This document shows, piece after piece, positions 1 to 40,652 of a stretch of DNA of 64,000 nt. Position numbers and translations under genes: made by a program. Under the pieces are notes generated by a model, which saw nothing but the letters and a program-made list of their open reading frames with translations, ran no database searches and had not been told where the DNA came from. The number at the start of each line of letters is the position of its first letter. Positions within the stretch are counted from its first letter, which is position 1. This DNA comes from Lingula anatina (Eukaryota; Animalia; Brachiopoda): NCBI GenBank assembly GCA_051362555.1, contig CM120645.1:17112001-17176000 (forward strand), given 5' to 3'.

Positions 1-1110
1 TGTTGTACGTGCTGTGCTTCTGATTCATGCACATTGTTTCGTTATCCTTAAACAGCAAAATATAAAAGTCATTGCATGTTAAATCATCTTTACTCCTTCA
101 TGTAGAGGTGGTCTTTGACTATCTGGTGTTTTCATTTTCTAGTTGCAAATTCATCTTTACAGCCACTGTTTTCATGCTGACTTCATGGGACTCTATTATT
201 GTGTGTGTTCCTGTCCTGCCCAATAATGATTGAGGACAATATTGAATTACATTTTGAACTGTTCATTGCTGGTCAATCTTAATTGATGGAAATAAACCAG
301 CTATGAATAGCTGTGAATAGAAATATACTTGAAGTCTGCAACATTACATCCATTCATGAATGACATTGGCTATGTTTTGCATGGTCTTTTCTTTCTCAGC
401 AGTTTCCATTTACTAATGTTTAACTGATGATTTTATCTATTTGACTGTATTGTTCCTTTGGGCCAAACTGATTTTCTGTATGTGCATACACAATTTTTAC
501 TACTTATACTCAACCATGTGAATGGACTGAAAAATTAGTTATTTTTCTGATTAATTGGTGTTTCAGTAAATATACTGAATAAATATGATCAAGGTACCAC
601 CCTGTAAGTATAAACCTATATTTCTGCATTATTATAGCTTACAATATTTTAAAGACACAGTTTTGAAAGTTGATAATTGTGTGTGTGCTCATGATTCAAG
701 TTTCAAGAGCTCACATAGTGTTATCAGTTATCAATGAAAATGATTTGCTACATATCATATCAGCAGTGAAAATACGAAATATAGAAAAAAAAGGTCATGC
801 AGATTACACAATGAAGAGAATGAGACTGCGCCATCATTGACAGACCTAATCATTTTGTTCATTCAGGTGAGCCACCATTAATATATTTGTATGTGCCTAG
901 AATGGTTTTGGTATTCAGAGGATTCACTGGGATTATGCCTGATTTTCCAGGTCTTGTCAATGCATAGTGAGGGGTTTGCTGTAAAGTTTTACTCCTCAGC
1001 ATTATATGTCTAGGAATAATACAAAATCTCTTGAGGAATTCTGTCATCCATTGCTGCACTCAGTGATTGATTATTTCCAATTGAAAGTCCATACACACAC
1101 TCACTATGTT

Positions 1111-1115
<5 letters not shown>

Positions 1116-1168
<53 letters not shown>
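1116..1168. repeat. (TA)n microsatellite
   Basis: Uninterrupted TA run. Confidence 0.95.
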
Positions 1169-1171
<3 letters not shown>

Positions 1172-3540
1172 TCTTTTATTCAGCAACTCCCATGCTACCA
1201 TACCTTGTAATGGCTTCTCTCCCACTCTTCTTACAAATTGAAAAAGCTTAATTCATGATTCATTGACTTGCACACACACACACACACACCCAACCCCCCA
1301 AAAAGCCCTTAGTACATTATTGGCTTCTTTTTTACTGCTGGCCCATACCATGAAAATGAATTTCAATATTTTTTTGACTCCCATTGAAAACAGGCAAGAA
1401 TCCATGCGTGGATGAGGTTACCTTTCTTACAATAAACGATGAAACTATAGGCACTAAAAATATGGACTTAGAAAGCAATACAGAAAAGACATGCAGTGAA
1501 TGTTGAATTCCTCCTGTTGTGCAATGGACTATATTAGATGACTAAATTACATGAATTTTAAATTATTACTACCAAACTCTACTTTCTTGTCTGCCATTAT
1601 TTCTAATCCCACTTTCTTCCAAATCCTCAAAAAAATTTTTTTCTGGGATGATCCCAAATGAATATATGAATGTTAACCATTTAACTCCAGGGTTCCTGAT
1701 GCTTTACAAGTTCCATTCATTATTGATTATGTAGGTTTGCTCCTAAGAAATCACCATCCACAGAAAACTATATGGCCAAAATTTAGTGAATGACATACAA
1801 TGTGAGCTGCTTGCTGGCTGTTTCAAGTTTTCAGTGTTGCTTTTAGCAAATTAATGGAACATCTATTTCCTTGACTTGATACAGTGCAGGGTTGGCTGCC
1901 TGAATTGAAAAACTTAATAATAAGCTGAAATTGTGATGGATGAATTCTGTTGTTCACTAAAAATAAGCCTTAATTGAGGAATTTATATGCACTAACATTT
2001 TTTGGAAAAGAAACATTTTCAGTTTAATAGATTAAAAAAAAGTCGATGTTTTGTTATGTAGCATCCTTTGTAAACAAAATGTTACTGATGTGACTTTCAC
2101 TTCCTTTTCCAAAATAATTCTGTCATGTCATATGGAAAATGTATTTTTTCCGAGTCAGTAATTTGTAGGAAATTAATATCAGTGTCAGTGGTTCTTGGAA
2201 CTCGATTAGTCTGGGTTTGTTGGGGAAAACATTTAAGGATAAGAAAAGAGAGACATTGACTTCATTATGAAAACAGCCTTCCTTTCATGGGAGTGTTTGG
2301 AGCCTGATGTCATGGACTAATCTGCTAGCCTATCTCTCTCCTTTGCTGACCTGTGTCTCATACAAGTAGGGCAGATATATTGTGACCTCAGATTTTTCTT
2401 TGACCTTTACCAAGAATCATATACGGAAGATTTACATTGATTTGTCATTTGAGAAGATTTACACTAATCTTGGTAAATTGGAATTTGATCAAATTTGATG
2501 TGGATGGAATGACACATAGTTGTTATATTTTCAGTAGGAAGCAGAGCAAAGGGTCATCCCTTTCCTTGTGGTTGCTTGTCCCTGTTTCTTCTGTAGATAT
2601 TTATTCTGTAAGGTCCATTGTGTTAAAAATTGCTGTAAGGTGTGTATGATCATAATTAAAAAAAAAAAACAATATCTGAATAGTAAAATAGAAATTCTAT
2701 ATGAATTTTCCCAATTTTATAAGTTGTGGCAGATAGTTTTTTCATAAATCATTTGAAAGATCTGAGATGTGGTGCCATGTCAATTTCTTTGTGTATGTGT
2801 TTAGTTTTAAAAAATGGAAAAATAGTACTTAGGTCAAAGTTTGATTTACTTCGTAAAGAACTTAAATTTGGGCTTATTTGAGAGAACTATCGAGCCTCTT
2901 GCTTGTACATCAATTTGCAGAAATGAAAAATTACATGTATGTCTTGAGAAACATTGTTCATAAGATCACCATGCTTATTATTCCATGCTGCTTCTGTCTT
3001 TCTTCTGTTTGGCTTATAAATTGATATAGCATTTCCAATTCATTAAAATGATGCAGCTTAGTCAACCTTTATGATTTCATTTATTTCTGAAAACATTTGA
3101 TATCTTTCTCCATTAACACATGGAGGACAGATCATAAAGAACAATGATGCCAAGGATTAAGGGGCTTATTAACTCATCAGTAGATGTAATAAGCCACCTT
3201 TATTATTATTTTTTTTTTTTTTGGGGGGGGGGATGCAATGGCATGTGCTGTGTTAGGGAGCAGGAGGGTCCTACTACACTTCATATGAAAAAAAACACAA
3301 CTTTAGCCAACCTTACAGAAGTACAAGTAATTAATAGAAAGTTAAATGTTTTTCATTCTTTTACTGATATTTTAATATAGATGGGCAAGATATAGTAATT
3401 TGCAATCCAGAAATCCATTTGGAACACATTTTGTTTATGATAGAAATGCATTTTCAATAGATATATATTCATTCTCACCCTTGAAAAAAATCAAAGGGGA
3501 ATAAAGAATTAAAGAGGAAGCAGACACATTGTGTTAAGAA

Positions 3541-4395
3541 ATTATGACAGTATCCTCCTGGTAGCCAACTGATATTGTGTAGCTGGCTAGTGGTCAGATA
3601 TGACAGTGTCTCCTTGGTAACCAACTGATATTGTGCAGCAGGCTAGTGGTCAGATATGACAGTATCTTCCTGGTAGTCAACTGATATTGTGTAGCAGGTT
3701 AGTGGCCAGATAAGACGGTATCTTCCTGGTAGTCAACTGATATTGTGTAGTAGGCTGGTGGTCAGATATGACAGTATCCTCCTGGTAACCAACTGATATT
3801 GTGTAGTAGGCTAGTGGTCAGATATGACAGTATCCTCTTGGTAACCAACTGATATTGTGTAGTAGGCTAGTGGTCAGATATGACAGTATCCTCCTGGTAA
3901 CCAACTGATATTGTGTAGCAGGCTAGTGGTCAGATATGACAGTATCCTTCTGGTAACCAACTGATATTGTGTAACAGGCAAGTGGTCAGATATGACAGTA
4001 TCCTTCTGGTAACCAACTGATATTGTGTAACAGGTTAGTTGTCAGATATGACAGTATCCTCCTGGTAACCAACTGATATTGTTTAGCAGGCTAGTGGTCA
4101 GATATGACAGTATCCTCCTGGTAACCAACTGATATTGTGTAGCAGGCTAGTGGTCAGATATGACAGTATCCTCCTGGTAACCAACTGATATTGTGTAACA
4201 GGTTAGTTGTCAGATATGACAGTATCCTCCTGGTAACCAACTGATATTGTTTAGCAGGCTAGTGGTCAGATATGACAGTATCTTCCTGGTAGTCAACTGA
4301 TATTGTGTAGCAGGCTAGTGGTCAGATATGACAGTATCTTCCTGGTAGTCAACTGATATTGTGTAACAGGCTAGTGGTCAGATATTACAATATCC
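3541..4395. repeat. Minisatellite, 56-bp unit, about 15 copies
   Basis: Unit gatatgacagtatcctcctggtaaccaactgatattgtgtagcaggctagtggtca recurs every 56 nt (e.g. 4101, 4157) with point variants and no spacers. Confidence 0.95.
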
Positions 4396-6989
4396 CCCCA
4401 CTGTAGCCACAGTGATTTGCTTTTTGAAACTGGATTTATATTGACTGTTGACTTTAAAATCAGATAAAAAGGATGAAAGTTGTGTTCTTTTTTCAAGCTT
4501 ATATTTTTCTCATCATCCTCTTTCAAGACTAGTTTTTCTTTTTCATCTAACTGATTATAAAAAGGGAGAGCATCAATGAGAAATATAAATATAATAAAAA
4601 AAATTATGTAGTGCAGACTTAATTATTAGTCTCATACTAAGTAGAAAATGTTTATTTAATTCTGTTTTTAATAATACCTCATTTTTTATATGCATACTAA
4701 ATTTTGAAAAGATGGGGATTTGCTGAATTTGGTATGTGGCTAAAGGAGAAGGGAGATCATTCTATTCCCAAGTAAGTGAAGCAGGCCTATTGGTGGCTCC
4801 CTATATATAACCATACTTAAAGAATAGAGGATTATTGATAAATTGTCACTTCTCCCATTTTTATACATCCATCAAAGTTATTGTATGTAGAGCATAGACA
4901 ATACTGCTGTTGTGCACAGTGTGATCAATAGGCTTCCGGCTGGACAATATCGATGTCACTGGCGGTGCAGGCTTCATATATTGGGACATGCACTGGCAAT
5001 TTTCACATTAGCACCACTACCGTATGGACCAGGTTGCCATGGAAATCTAGGTGGAAATGAGCCTTTGCTATTAGGGGCCGAGGTGTTTGATTGTTTTATT
5101 GGATAGAAGGTGACTGGAGCAAGCAGGCCGGGTCCACAGGTAAATTGGCCAGGAAAAGTGTCTTGGAAGGATTTCATAGAAATAAGTTTATCACCACATG
5201 TTTAGATTTATGATTGAACTGATTAAGGATTATTGAATTTTCTTAACCAGGCTAGGTGAAATATTTTAACCCCATTGATCATGTTCATTATTGCAAGACC
5301 AGTGACGTGAGTTGTTTGAAGAAATCCAGTCCAGGAAAAGAGGTCTATTCCCCAGAGTATGGGTTAAAAAGCTTCTACTTTGATATGAGCACTGATGGCT
5401 TCTCTGATGGCAGTAGCCAGTGTTGTAGGATTGTTCACAACCTGTTTTGAAATATGTGAAAAGTGCATTTGTGGTTCTCTGTGGGTGTAGTGTTTATACA
5501 TGCATTGTGAAAAATCAGCAAAGATTATTTTTTTAAATTTTCAGTATATTTTGTGGTATTTACAGGTATTCTGGTGAGTTGTAATAGTCTTGTTTTATCA
5601 GTCAAGCCATATTTCTGTTTTTTTTTAAACATAAAACTTAATTAAAATTAAGATTTGCTATACTAAAGGAGTTGATTGGTTAAATTGAATACAGACCAGT
5701 TTTTAAAGGATGTACAGCTGAGAGAAAAAATATTATTAACTTTTACTGGTATAAAGATTAATCTTCCTGAAAATATCAGTAATTTCGGCTTCTATTTGTG
5801 TTGGAGAATATGCTTGCCATTAGAGCCTAGATGCATCATCTCACCCTTCACTTGTCCAATAAACTTGAAGTGGTCTGGAAGGTGATACCAGTGTTCAGTT
5901 TCTATCATGCTTATACCAACATGCATCTCTGCACCTGTGGTATTGTTTAATTGGTCCTCAGGATGTGGAAATGTCACAAAAGTAACAGGATATACAACTT
6001 TTGATCAGACAATATATATAGTAGGGTGGACTATCTCCATAAAATGGCAACCAGCAGGGTACCAGCATCATAGCACTTGCAATAAGCATTTTTTTTTTTT
6101 TTTTGATATGTTATGTCAACAGTAAAATAAAACCTAATATGTATGAGGAAGGGGAATGTGGACTCACTTTATTGAGGGAAGGTGTCTAAGTAGATTAATT
6201 ATTTTAGCCATACATATTTTTGAGCTATTGCCCATGAATAACTTAGTATGGTCATCATTTGGAGGAGACAGAAATGAGTTTTTATTCATGGCAGCATGGT
6301 TTTAATCTTTTAAAAAAGTGCTGAGAGAAGGTGCACACAAGAAGAGTCGTCTTGCATGTGCTGTGAGTTGAGATAATTGAATTATGTCATGGATCACAGC
6401 TGCCTTCTTTGACAACAACCTGTAGAGCAGCTACATGATCACTGCAGTGAGGGAAGAACTGGATTTGAAGGCAGTCCTTGACTGAGTTTCTCATGTCTTG
6501 GATCGCTCCTTGCCAAATAACTATGTTATCACTACACTCCAGAATAACTCAGTGATGCATTTGCTAGAAATTTTATGCACTAGTTATAACACTGGTATTA
6601 TGTTTGTGATACTGTATATAAAGCATCAAGCAATTGATACCTATTTTGTTCAGATGCATTGAAGAGAGAGGCTGGATTTTGGTCTGTCTAACTCTATTTC
6701 TCCACAAACTGTGATGATTGACACTTTGAGACAATTTTTAAAAAGTGTCCTTAAACCTGACACAAACTGAGTCCATTTGTAAACAGTGTTCCTGACATCT
6801 GGCAGACACAGGAAGCTACCACACTAACTGGAAATATTGACTACCACTTCTGTGCACTCTTCATTTGTTATCTAAATATCATTTAATAGGTAACTTCTTA
6901 TATTTTCCCTCTTCAGATTCCATGCCCAGGTCTGATGCAGCTGTTTAAAGTATTATAAAAACCCTGTCAGGACGTTGTAACCAGCAGCC

Positions 6990-33776
<26,787 letters not shown>

Positions 33777-36758
33777 AGAAAGTGTCACTTTTAGGAACTG
33801 TGTTATAAACTGTTATAGTTAAACTGGTATTTATTAATGTAGTTCTGATAGAACTATGGCTGTATTTCTTGAATTTGAAATTGAAATTGATGAGGAGCAG
33901 AGGAAGCAGTTTGATGATTAATTTAAGGTAATAAGAAGTATCTTGCCCCATGTAAACTCATACCTGTAGCATGTAGATTTTTACAAACTTTTCTTGTGTA
34001 GTGTTTATTGTGTCTTGTATGTGTTATAATAACTTTGTAATCTAAGATTATATTTTGAGAAGATTATCTTGACATCAAGTTATTGATAAAAAAAGTGGTA
34101 GCTTGACCAGAAAGTTAGTTTAATAAATTATGAAAACAGGTATTTAAGCAGCATCAGAGTGGGCATGTCTCTTTTCATCCTTGGACTCGAACATTTTTGA
34201 CCCAGGATGAGCAGTAAATAATATATTGCATGTCTCTGTAGGGAATATGAAAATAATGGAAAAATACACAGGTGAATTGTGTAAAAAATAAGATTTATTG
34301 TTTTCTGCTTGTCTCAGATAAAATGCCCAGCCTGGTCAAAACTACAGTGAATATAAAATTAGCACTGGCACTGTATTGGTAAAAAGTTTTGACAGAAGTA
34401 TAAACAGAAAGGACTTTTGTCATCAGAATGGGCATGAATCAGCCGTTCTTTTTAGATAGAGTGCATCATAAAGTTTGTAGTATTTATTATGAGATGCAGT
34501 TGAAGTGAATGGTGCAGGTGATCAGCATATACATTTTTCAGGTCTTCTGTGTATGAAGAGTGATGTGAATGCCATCATTGCCATGGGATCTGTTACTGTA
34601 GCACACAAGTAAAAACCAAGTTATAAAGACTTACTAATTTTACAACAGTTGCACCTATATTTATTAGCACAAACATTAAACTGACTATTAAGATAATTAT
34701 AATATAGCTGATATTAAGATGAATAAGTGTTGAGAAATGTTTTATTGACTGTTTACAATATTACTTACTGACAAGAAAATTGTATCATATTTGATAGGGA
34801 TATCTGTCAAGATAAACTGTATATCGTAATAATGTTAATTGTGTTTTACTATGTAATTATACTAGTACATTATATTGTTGAAATATATTTTATAATGATG
34901 TTTGAAATAGATATAACCATGAGATCGGTATTACAGAATATTGTGTTGGTGCGATGGATATGTGCAGCCAGCTTCATGCAGTGTGCTTTATAAGTGAATA
35001 TTTTGGGTGCCTACTCGTACCAAAGTCACATTCAAGTGGTGAAAACTATCAGATTTTATGAAAGAAAATGTGCAAGCATTATTATTGAAGTCAAAGCATG
35101 CAATGGTCTGACATTGAAGTAATAGGTGATGAGTGGCACTGTCAAGACTATTTAAAGTGAATGGTGACCATATGTACACATACTTATGTGCAGGGCCGCT
35201 AATGTTTCTTAGATTCCATATGTGTTAATTGTTTGTCATATTTTTACAGTAGAACTGTACCTATATATGTAAAAGAAAAGTCGCAAGTCAGAATTGCACT
35301 GAATATCTGTAGAACTGTATATATAGACTTACATGTAGATGTTTTACAATTGGCTTATTTTTTATCAACAAAAACCTACCAGTAGCAATTGCACTGGCAT
35401 ATATTTAGGATAAACTACTGAAAATGTAGCCTCTAACATGAAGATGCTGACATAAGAGGGAAAACCTACAAAATAAATGCAGGTTGTACTGGTATTTGAA
35501 TAACTTTTTCACAAGAGCACAATCAGTAAATTACTGGAAGAAAAAAAAACTTCAGAGTTGTGATATGGAAATTGAGTGTTGAATGATATATACTTTGTTA
35601 ATGTAAAATAGGAATGTTTTTATAATGTGTAATAACCTGAATTTGTCATTTAATTTACCAAAGGAAAGGACATTAATGCCAGTAGTACACTAAGCTCGCC
35701 TAGATTGTAAAAAGGTTCAATGTATTTCACCAGTTGAACTGCAAATAATAACTCTGCTCTTGTTGTATGTCATCTGCAGACACAATTTAGACCCAGGATG
35801 TTTTTGTTTAAACTGGCAATAACGCACTTGTATTCATAAGGTCCTTTCCATGAATGTGTCTCGTCTGTTAAATTGTTTTCTTATATTTACATATTTACAG
35901 ATTATTTGAAAGAGAGCCCTCCCTAGTAGTAAACACAGCTTCATAAATTACACTTCAAACCACACTAAATCAATAATTTATATTATTGAGGAAAGTTAAC
36001 ATGTTGCTTATTTTTGTGTTACAAGGAATACTGGTATAAATAGTAACTAATTGATGTGAACTTAAAATAAAAACTAAAAATAAAAAATATTGAAATTTTA
36101 TCTTTACCGGTGTTATATTTCTCATTTTTCATGACCAAGAATTTTATAGAATAGCTAACGAATATACCACGCGGAAAAAACGTCCACTCAATTACAGTTT
36201 GGCAAAATTTCATTTAATAATACAACGAGAAACATAAGACATGCATTTTAAACATAATTCGGTTGTTTTGTACTTTGAATTCAGGAGGGTTATGAGAAAT
36301 GTGTTGTTCGGAAAAAATAATAATTGCAATATTGATGTCATTTACACCTTCCAAAGTTGCACCCATTTGGAGTTTTCTTCATTCATTCATTCATTCCATG
36401 ACTTCAGAACTGAAGCGCAAGGTCTTTTAATCACTCTATTTTTCTCTTATTTCCGCTAAGATTTCTCGTCCCATCTTTCTTTCTGAATAGTATACCTTCA
36501 TACATAAGAAATCCCGTTTTTTCGTACCCAGTACGTGCGCTGGCGCCTGTAATTTGACGTTCAGTAGTGTGCGAGGTGTGTTGCGGCGATTTTTTGCCCA
36601 ATTTATGTACGTATACGTTTATTTTACACAATCGAACATCGTATGCTAGTAGAACTTTTACAGCCAGCGTATTCGCTTACGAGATATCTATGTTAATAAT
36701 ATGCACAATAATGACATGGAAGGCAGTGCATGTACATATGAAACTCTGGGAGCACTAA

Positions 36759-36988
36759 AGCCTAGATTACATTTGAAATGCGGTACCCGGACGGTGCACG
36801 TATACTGCCCGTAATACCCTTTTCGTACGGCGTCTGAACGGAGGTGGCCGTGCGAAATCGCACGGAATCTTACGGATTTAAGGCCGTGTAATGTAGGCAT
36901 ACTCGGCGTAGCCCGTAGCTCATTACGATTAATAAAACCGTATGATAAATTTCATCGCACGGCGTCCGTGTAAATGTAATCTATAGGT
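36759..36988. mobile_element. Short MITE with ~17-bp TIRs
   Basis: agcctagattacattt ... aaatgtaatctataggt; TAA/TTA flanks; CpG-rich (tacgg/ccgta) interior. Confidence 0.6.
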
Positions 36989-37340
36989 TTAAAATACACC
37001 TTCCAAGAATGTTAAAACTGGTATTGTTTAATCAAAAGCTGTAAATATTGACACGTTCCTGAATACTCGTAGACAAAGAGTTGGTGGAAGATTTTCCAAT
37101 GTGTTGGTGAAAGAAGAAACAACAGTCACAGTACATGTACTAACACGTTCATATGGTGAAATCACAGATAAACGACCTATCTCACATCACAGTCCCTTTA
37201 AAAATTATACCCAAATATTGAAATAACTTGCTTAGCATGATATGCACCGTATAAATAAGAGTAAATCAGTTATACTCTAAGGGGAATATGTCTGTGAAGG
37301 GTACTTCAATTTGACAACCACACTCCTCGTAGATGTCATC

Positions 37341-38450
37341 TCATGAATATTTCATTGCGTGCTTTTTAGAATTGAAAACATCCTTTTGTTGTAGTAAATT
37401 ATTGTATCGATCTTCACATGCTTTCACTTTCTCAATAAAGTAATCACTTCTCTGTATACTCTCCAAAAGATCTGCTTGCACAAGGCAGGTGTCTTGGAAA
37501 CGTGACGCATGTTCCTTTGAGAGACTTCGGAAACTTCCGTCAGCAACCGAAAACAATCGAACATTCGCTACGCTGTCATCTTCTGTGACTCGGATGTTGT
37601 CGTCAAATAGAATGTGTTGCACAGACGTATCGTGGAGATTTATCCACAGAGGTTTTCCTTTGCTGTAATGATACCCATGGTTTTGCCAGTTGGCGAAATC
37701 GTCCACAAATGCGCGAATTCCCCCACCTTCGCTAAGTATTGAATAGATTTGATCCTCAGACGATAGAGTCACATCACATTCATTTCTTTGGCCTTTTAGC
37801 TCGAAGTTTTCACCATTTCGTAGTATAGCACCTGGTTTCGTATGCACCTTTAGCGGCAGTGGATGTGGGAAATCAGGGTGTAAACCGCCAGTGAAAAGTT
37901 TAATGCACTCCAAAACGTTTGCTGCATCCATGCCATAGGTTCGGAGGACCACGCAAAAATCTCTTCCTTGTGAGTAAAGAGTAGACAAGAGATTGAAGAA
38001 AGACGGGAGAAGATAGTGGTATCTCTTACCGTTCGTCCCATGCATGTAGAACGCAGCTTTGACGTTACTGTGTTTTCCATGCGTCCACTCCAAGAGACGG
38101 AGGTGCTTGTCGAAAAAAGTAGAAAATCGCCGACCTAGTTCAACCTGAGTGAAGTCACCTGTAGCTTGTCGCAGGAGAAGACGATCATATGGCACTTTAA
38201 CGAGCTCCTTCTCTAGATATTTGTAGTACGTGACACAGTCCTCATTAGGGGGGTCCAGGGAAGGGGTGTCACTGACCCACGTCCACTCCCCTGTTTTGTC
38301 GTCTTCCTTCCCCCATGTGACGCCAGTTAGATAGGAATTCAAAGCCTGTTCTACATTGATGTTTGTGACGGAGTCCGCGACGAGAATAGTGTTCCGTAAA
38401 TCGAAATGGAGCACCAGTTTCCTACTGTTATGTGCAGACATGAATTGCAT
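37341..38450 (-). CDS. Uncharacterised single-exon 369-aa protein with HAD-superfamily-like motifs
   Basis: Long clean ORF in otherwise ORF-poor DNA; N-terminal hydrophobic strand followed by HFDLRNT (motif I-like), VVLRT (motif II-like), ILFDDN (motif IV-like). Family assignment is inferred from motifs only. Confidence 0.82.
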   Translation of the reverse strand: MQFMSAHNSRKLVLHFDLRNTILVADSVTNINVEQALNSYLTGVTWGKEDDKTGEWTWVSDTPSLDPPNEDCVTYYKYLEKELVKVPYDRLLLRQATGDFTQVELGRRFSTFFDKHLRLLEWTHGKHSNVKAAFYMHGTNGKRYHYLLPSFFNLLSTLYSQGRDFCVVLRTYGMDAANVLECIKLFTGGLHPDFPHPLPLKVHTKPGAILRNGENFELKGQRNECDVTLSSEDQIYSILSEGGGIRAFVDDFANWQNHGYHYSKGKPLWINLHDTSVQHILFDDNIRVTEDDSVANVRLFSVADGSFRSLSKEHASRFQDTCLVQADLLESIQRSDYFIEKVKACEDRYNNLLQQKDVFNSKKHAMKYS

Positions 38451-39775
38451 TTAATTCAGAGGTAAACTAAGCGTGATACGACAGCGCATTCCCTTTCATA
38501 AAGCTTTCGTTTTCCTTTAACATGCTTGGTTACATGATTGAAACTCACTGTTGAGAACCCCAGAATCCCGATTTTACTGTTTCTTTCCTCGTTTCCTTTG
38601 CCCAGGCTTCTCAGGAACACAGGTCCACGTTAACAAACCGTGGCGCGTGGAGTGAATGTTCTACGTGCATATTGACCCACACGGAGGGGTTATTGATTTA
38701 AGGTTAGTTTACGGCTTATAGCCAAGGCCACTATTTGTCACACAAATATTACATTCCAAAGTGGAAGTGTGTCTCTCGCCGAGATGAGTGGGCTCTGAAT
38801 TCCAGGGAATCTGCTCTGAGCATCCATCAGCAACACTTCATCAGCAACACTTCATAATATAGTTTTACTAGGCTAGCAACCCATGATTGAAAATTTTTGA
38901 TTGATTGGCGAGGACTAGCTTTCCTGCGAATGATTCCCTTGCGCGTGCGTCATTCGACTTATACCTGTACAAAGGTTTTTACTGAGGGGGTTAATATGTT
39001 TTTCTAAGAGATCCTTGTATATGAGGGATCAATATGATCGAGCGAAATGTTTTGTGCGCTGGAAAGCATTTAATTCCTCGAGATTTAATATTTTACATCT
39101 GAATTAAAACTGTAATACCAACTGTAGTATTATGCTTATTTTCAGATTAGAATTTACAAGTGAACTGAAGAAATCCCATGGCCGGGTATCAAAAAGCGTG
39201 AAAAGTGACGAAGCAAACTACTCGCTACAGTGTGTGTGTGTGTGTATATGTGTGTGCGTGTGTGTGTGTGTTTGTTTGTTTGTTTGTTTGTTTGTGTGCT
39301 GGGGGGGGGGGGGGGGGGGGGCTCTCATGGCGTCAACCTTATCAATAAAATAAATATGGGTACAACTTAACCGGAGCCAAAAGTCTTGAAAATACCATCC
39401 TTTCTAGGGCTGAAGTTCACCACACTTCGGTTTACTTTAACCTTAAGAATATGTTTGTTGGTCCTGGGGTATCATGTAAATGCATGCACATGTATCGCCA
39501 ATACCACCTTGTGCACCTGTTTAACTTTTGTAATTAAAGCGTTAAGTTTACTTAGAAGAGGAATATTCAATTACCGCAACATCGCAAAAATTCTATAGAA
39601 TAATGAAAAACTTTAAATAACTATAGAATGTGCATAACTCGGCATCAAATTCCAGTAGAATGGATCATTCAAAAGCTCTCTCGAAGACCTGAAAGGTAAA
39701 CCTATGAAAACACCGTTTGGTATAAAGCAGTCCCCTAACTCCACAACAAATAGAGTGACATACTTGCCGTACATG

Positions 39776-40652
39776 GGTATCAGGACAATCCCCCCCCCCC
39801 GGACAATTCCCCCCGGACTATTCCCCCAGACAATTCCCCCCCCGGACAATTCCCCCCAGGACAATTCCCCCCCGGACGATTCCCCCCGAAGAATATATAT
39901 ATTTATACAAATATAAAGTAAAGAGTACAAAGTTCAAATCTTTTCATCCATTTTCTGAATATTTCTTAGTGTTATGATGCAAATCAAGGATAGATAATAT
40001 TAATTTTATTAAACAATTTATTTTCATGGAGTACATGAAATTTTCGACATAGAAGTACAGAACATTTTATTAAACATCTGATCAAAGTATATATATCTCC
40101 AGGTAAAGGAGGGGTAAACAGACGATCTCACTCATCCAGGTAGCCCTTTGATGAATTAACTGTTACTTTAAATTGCTTTATCCCCCCCCCCCCTTGATTC
40201 AGTAAGTCTTGAATCAAGGTGCATCTCTAGGGAGAGGTGGGGTAAACAGATTTTCTCGCTTATCCAGGCATCCCTGTGACTATTTGTCACTTTTAATTGC
40301 TTGACCACCACCCACAACACAAAGATATTTATAAAATATCTGTTTACCTGTTCATCTGTTTACCCCACTTTTACCTGAAGGAAAGGTGGTTATACTTCGA
40401 TTAGATACTTAATAAATCTTCCTGTACTTGTACTCAATGAAAAGGGAATTTGTTTTAAAATGGTTTGTCCATGATGAAGTTACATTATCACACCAAAAAT
40501 ATTAAGAAAATTGATGAAATGTTTTAAAATTTACACTTTCTACTTTATATTTGTATATAAATATATATTTCTTGGGGGGGAATCGTCCGGGGGGGGGGGG
40601 GATTGTCCTGGGGGGGGGGGATTGTCCGGGGGGGGGGGATTGTCCTAGTATC
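39776..40652. mobile_element. Foldback / Mutator(MULE)-like non-autonomous element with long TIRs
   Basis: Ends ggtatcaggacaat and attgtcctagtatc; ggacaattccccc repeats on the left mirror gggggattgtcc repeats on the right; inverted homology continues for more than 200 bp; 9-bp flanks ccgtacatg / acttacatg match 7 of 9. Confidence 0.75.

Noticed and set aside
1010-1225. ORF with (IY)n run
   Set aside because: Translation of a (TA)n microsatellite.
3541-4395. Regular repeat array resembling a CRISPR array
   Set aside because: Units are contiguous 56-bp copies with no unique spacers, there are no cas genes, and the context is a eukaryotic intron or UTR region.
4900-5450. GC-richer patch with short ORFs upstream of PKC exon 1
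   Set aside because: No recognisable protein motif and no convincing splice-phase link to PKC.
39613-39930. Gly-rich and Pro-rich ORFs on both strands
   Set aside because: Produced by the C/G-run terminal repeats of the foldback element.
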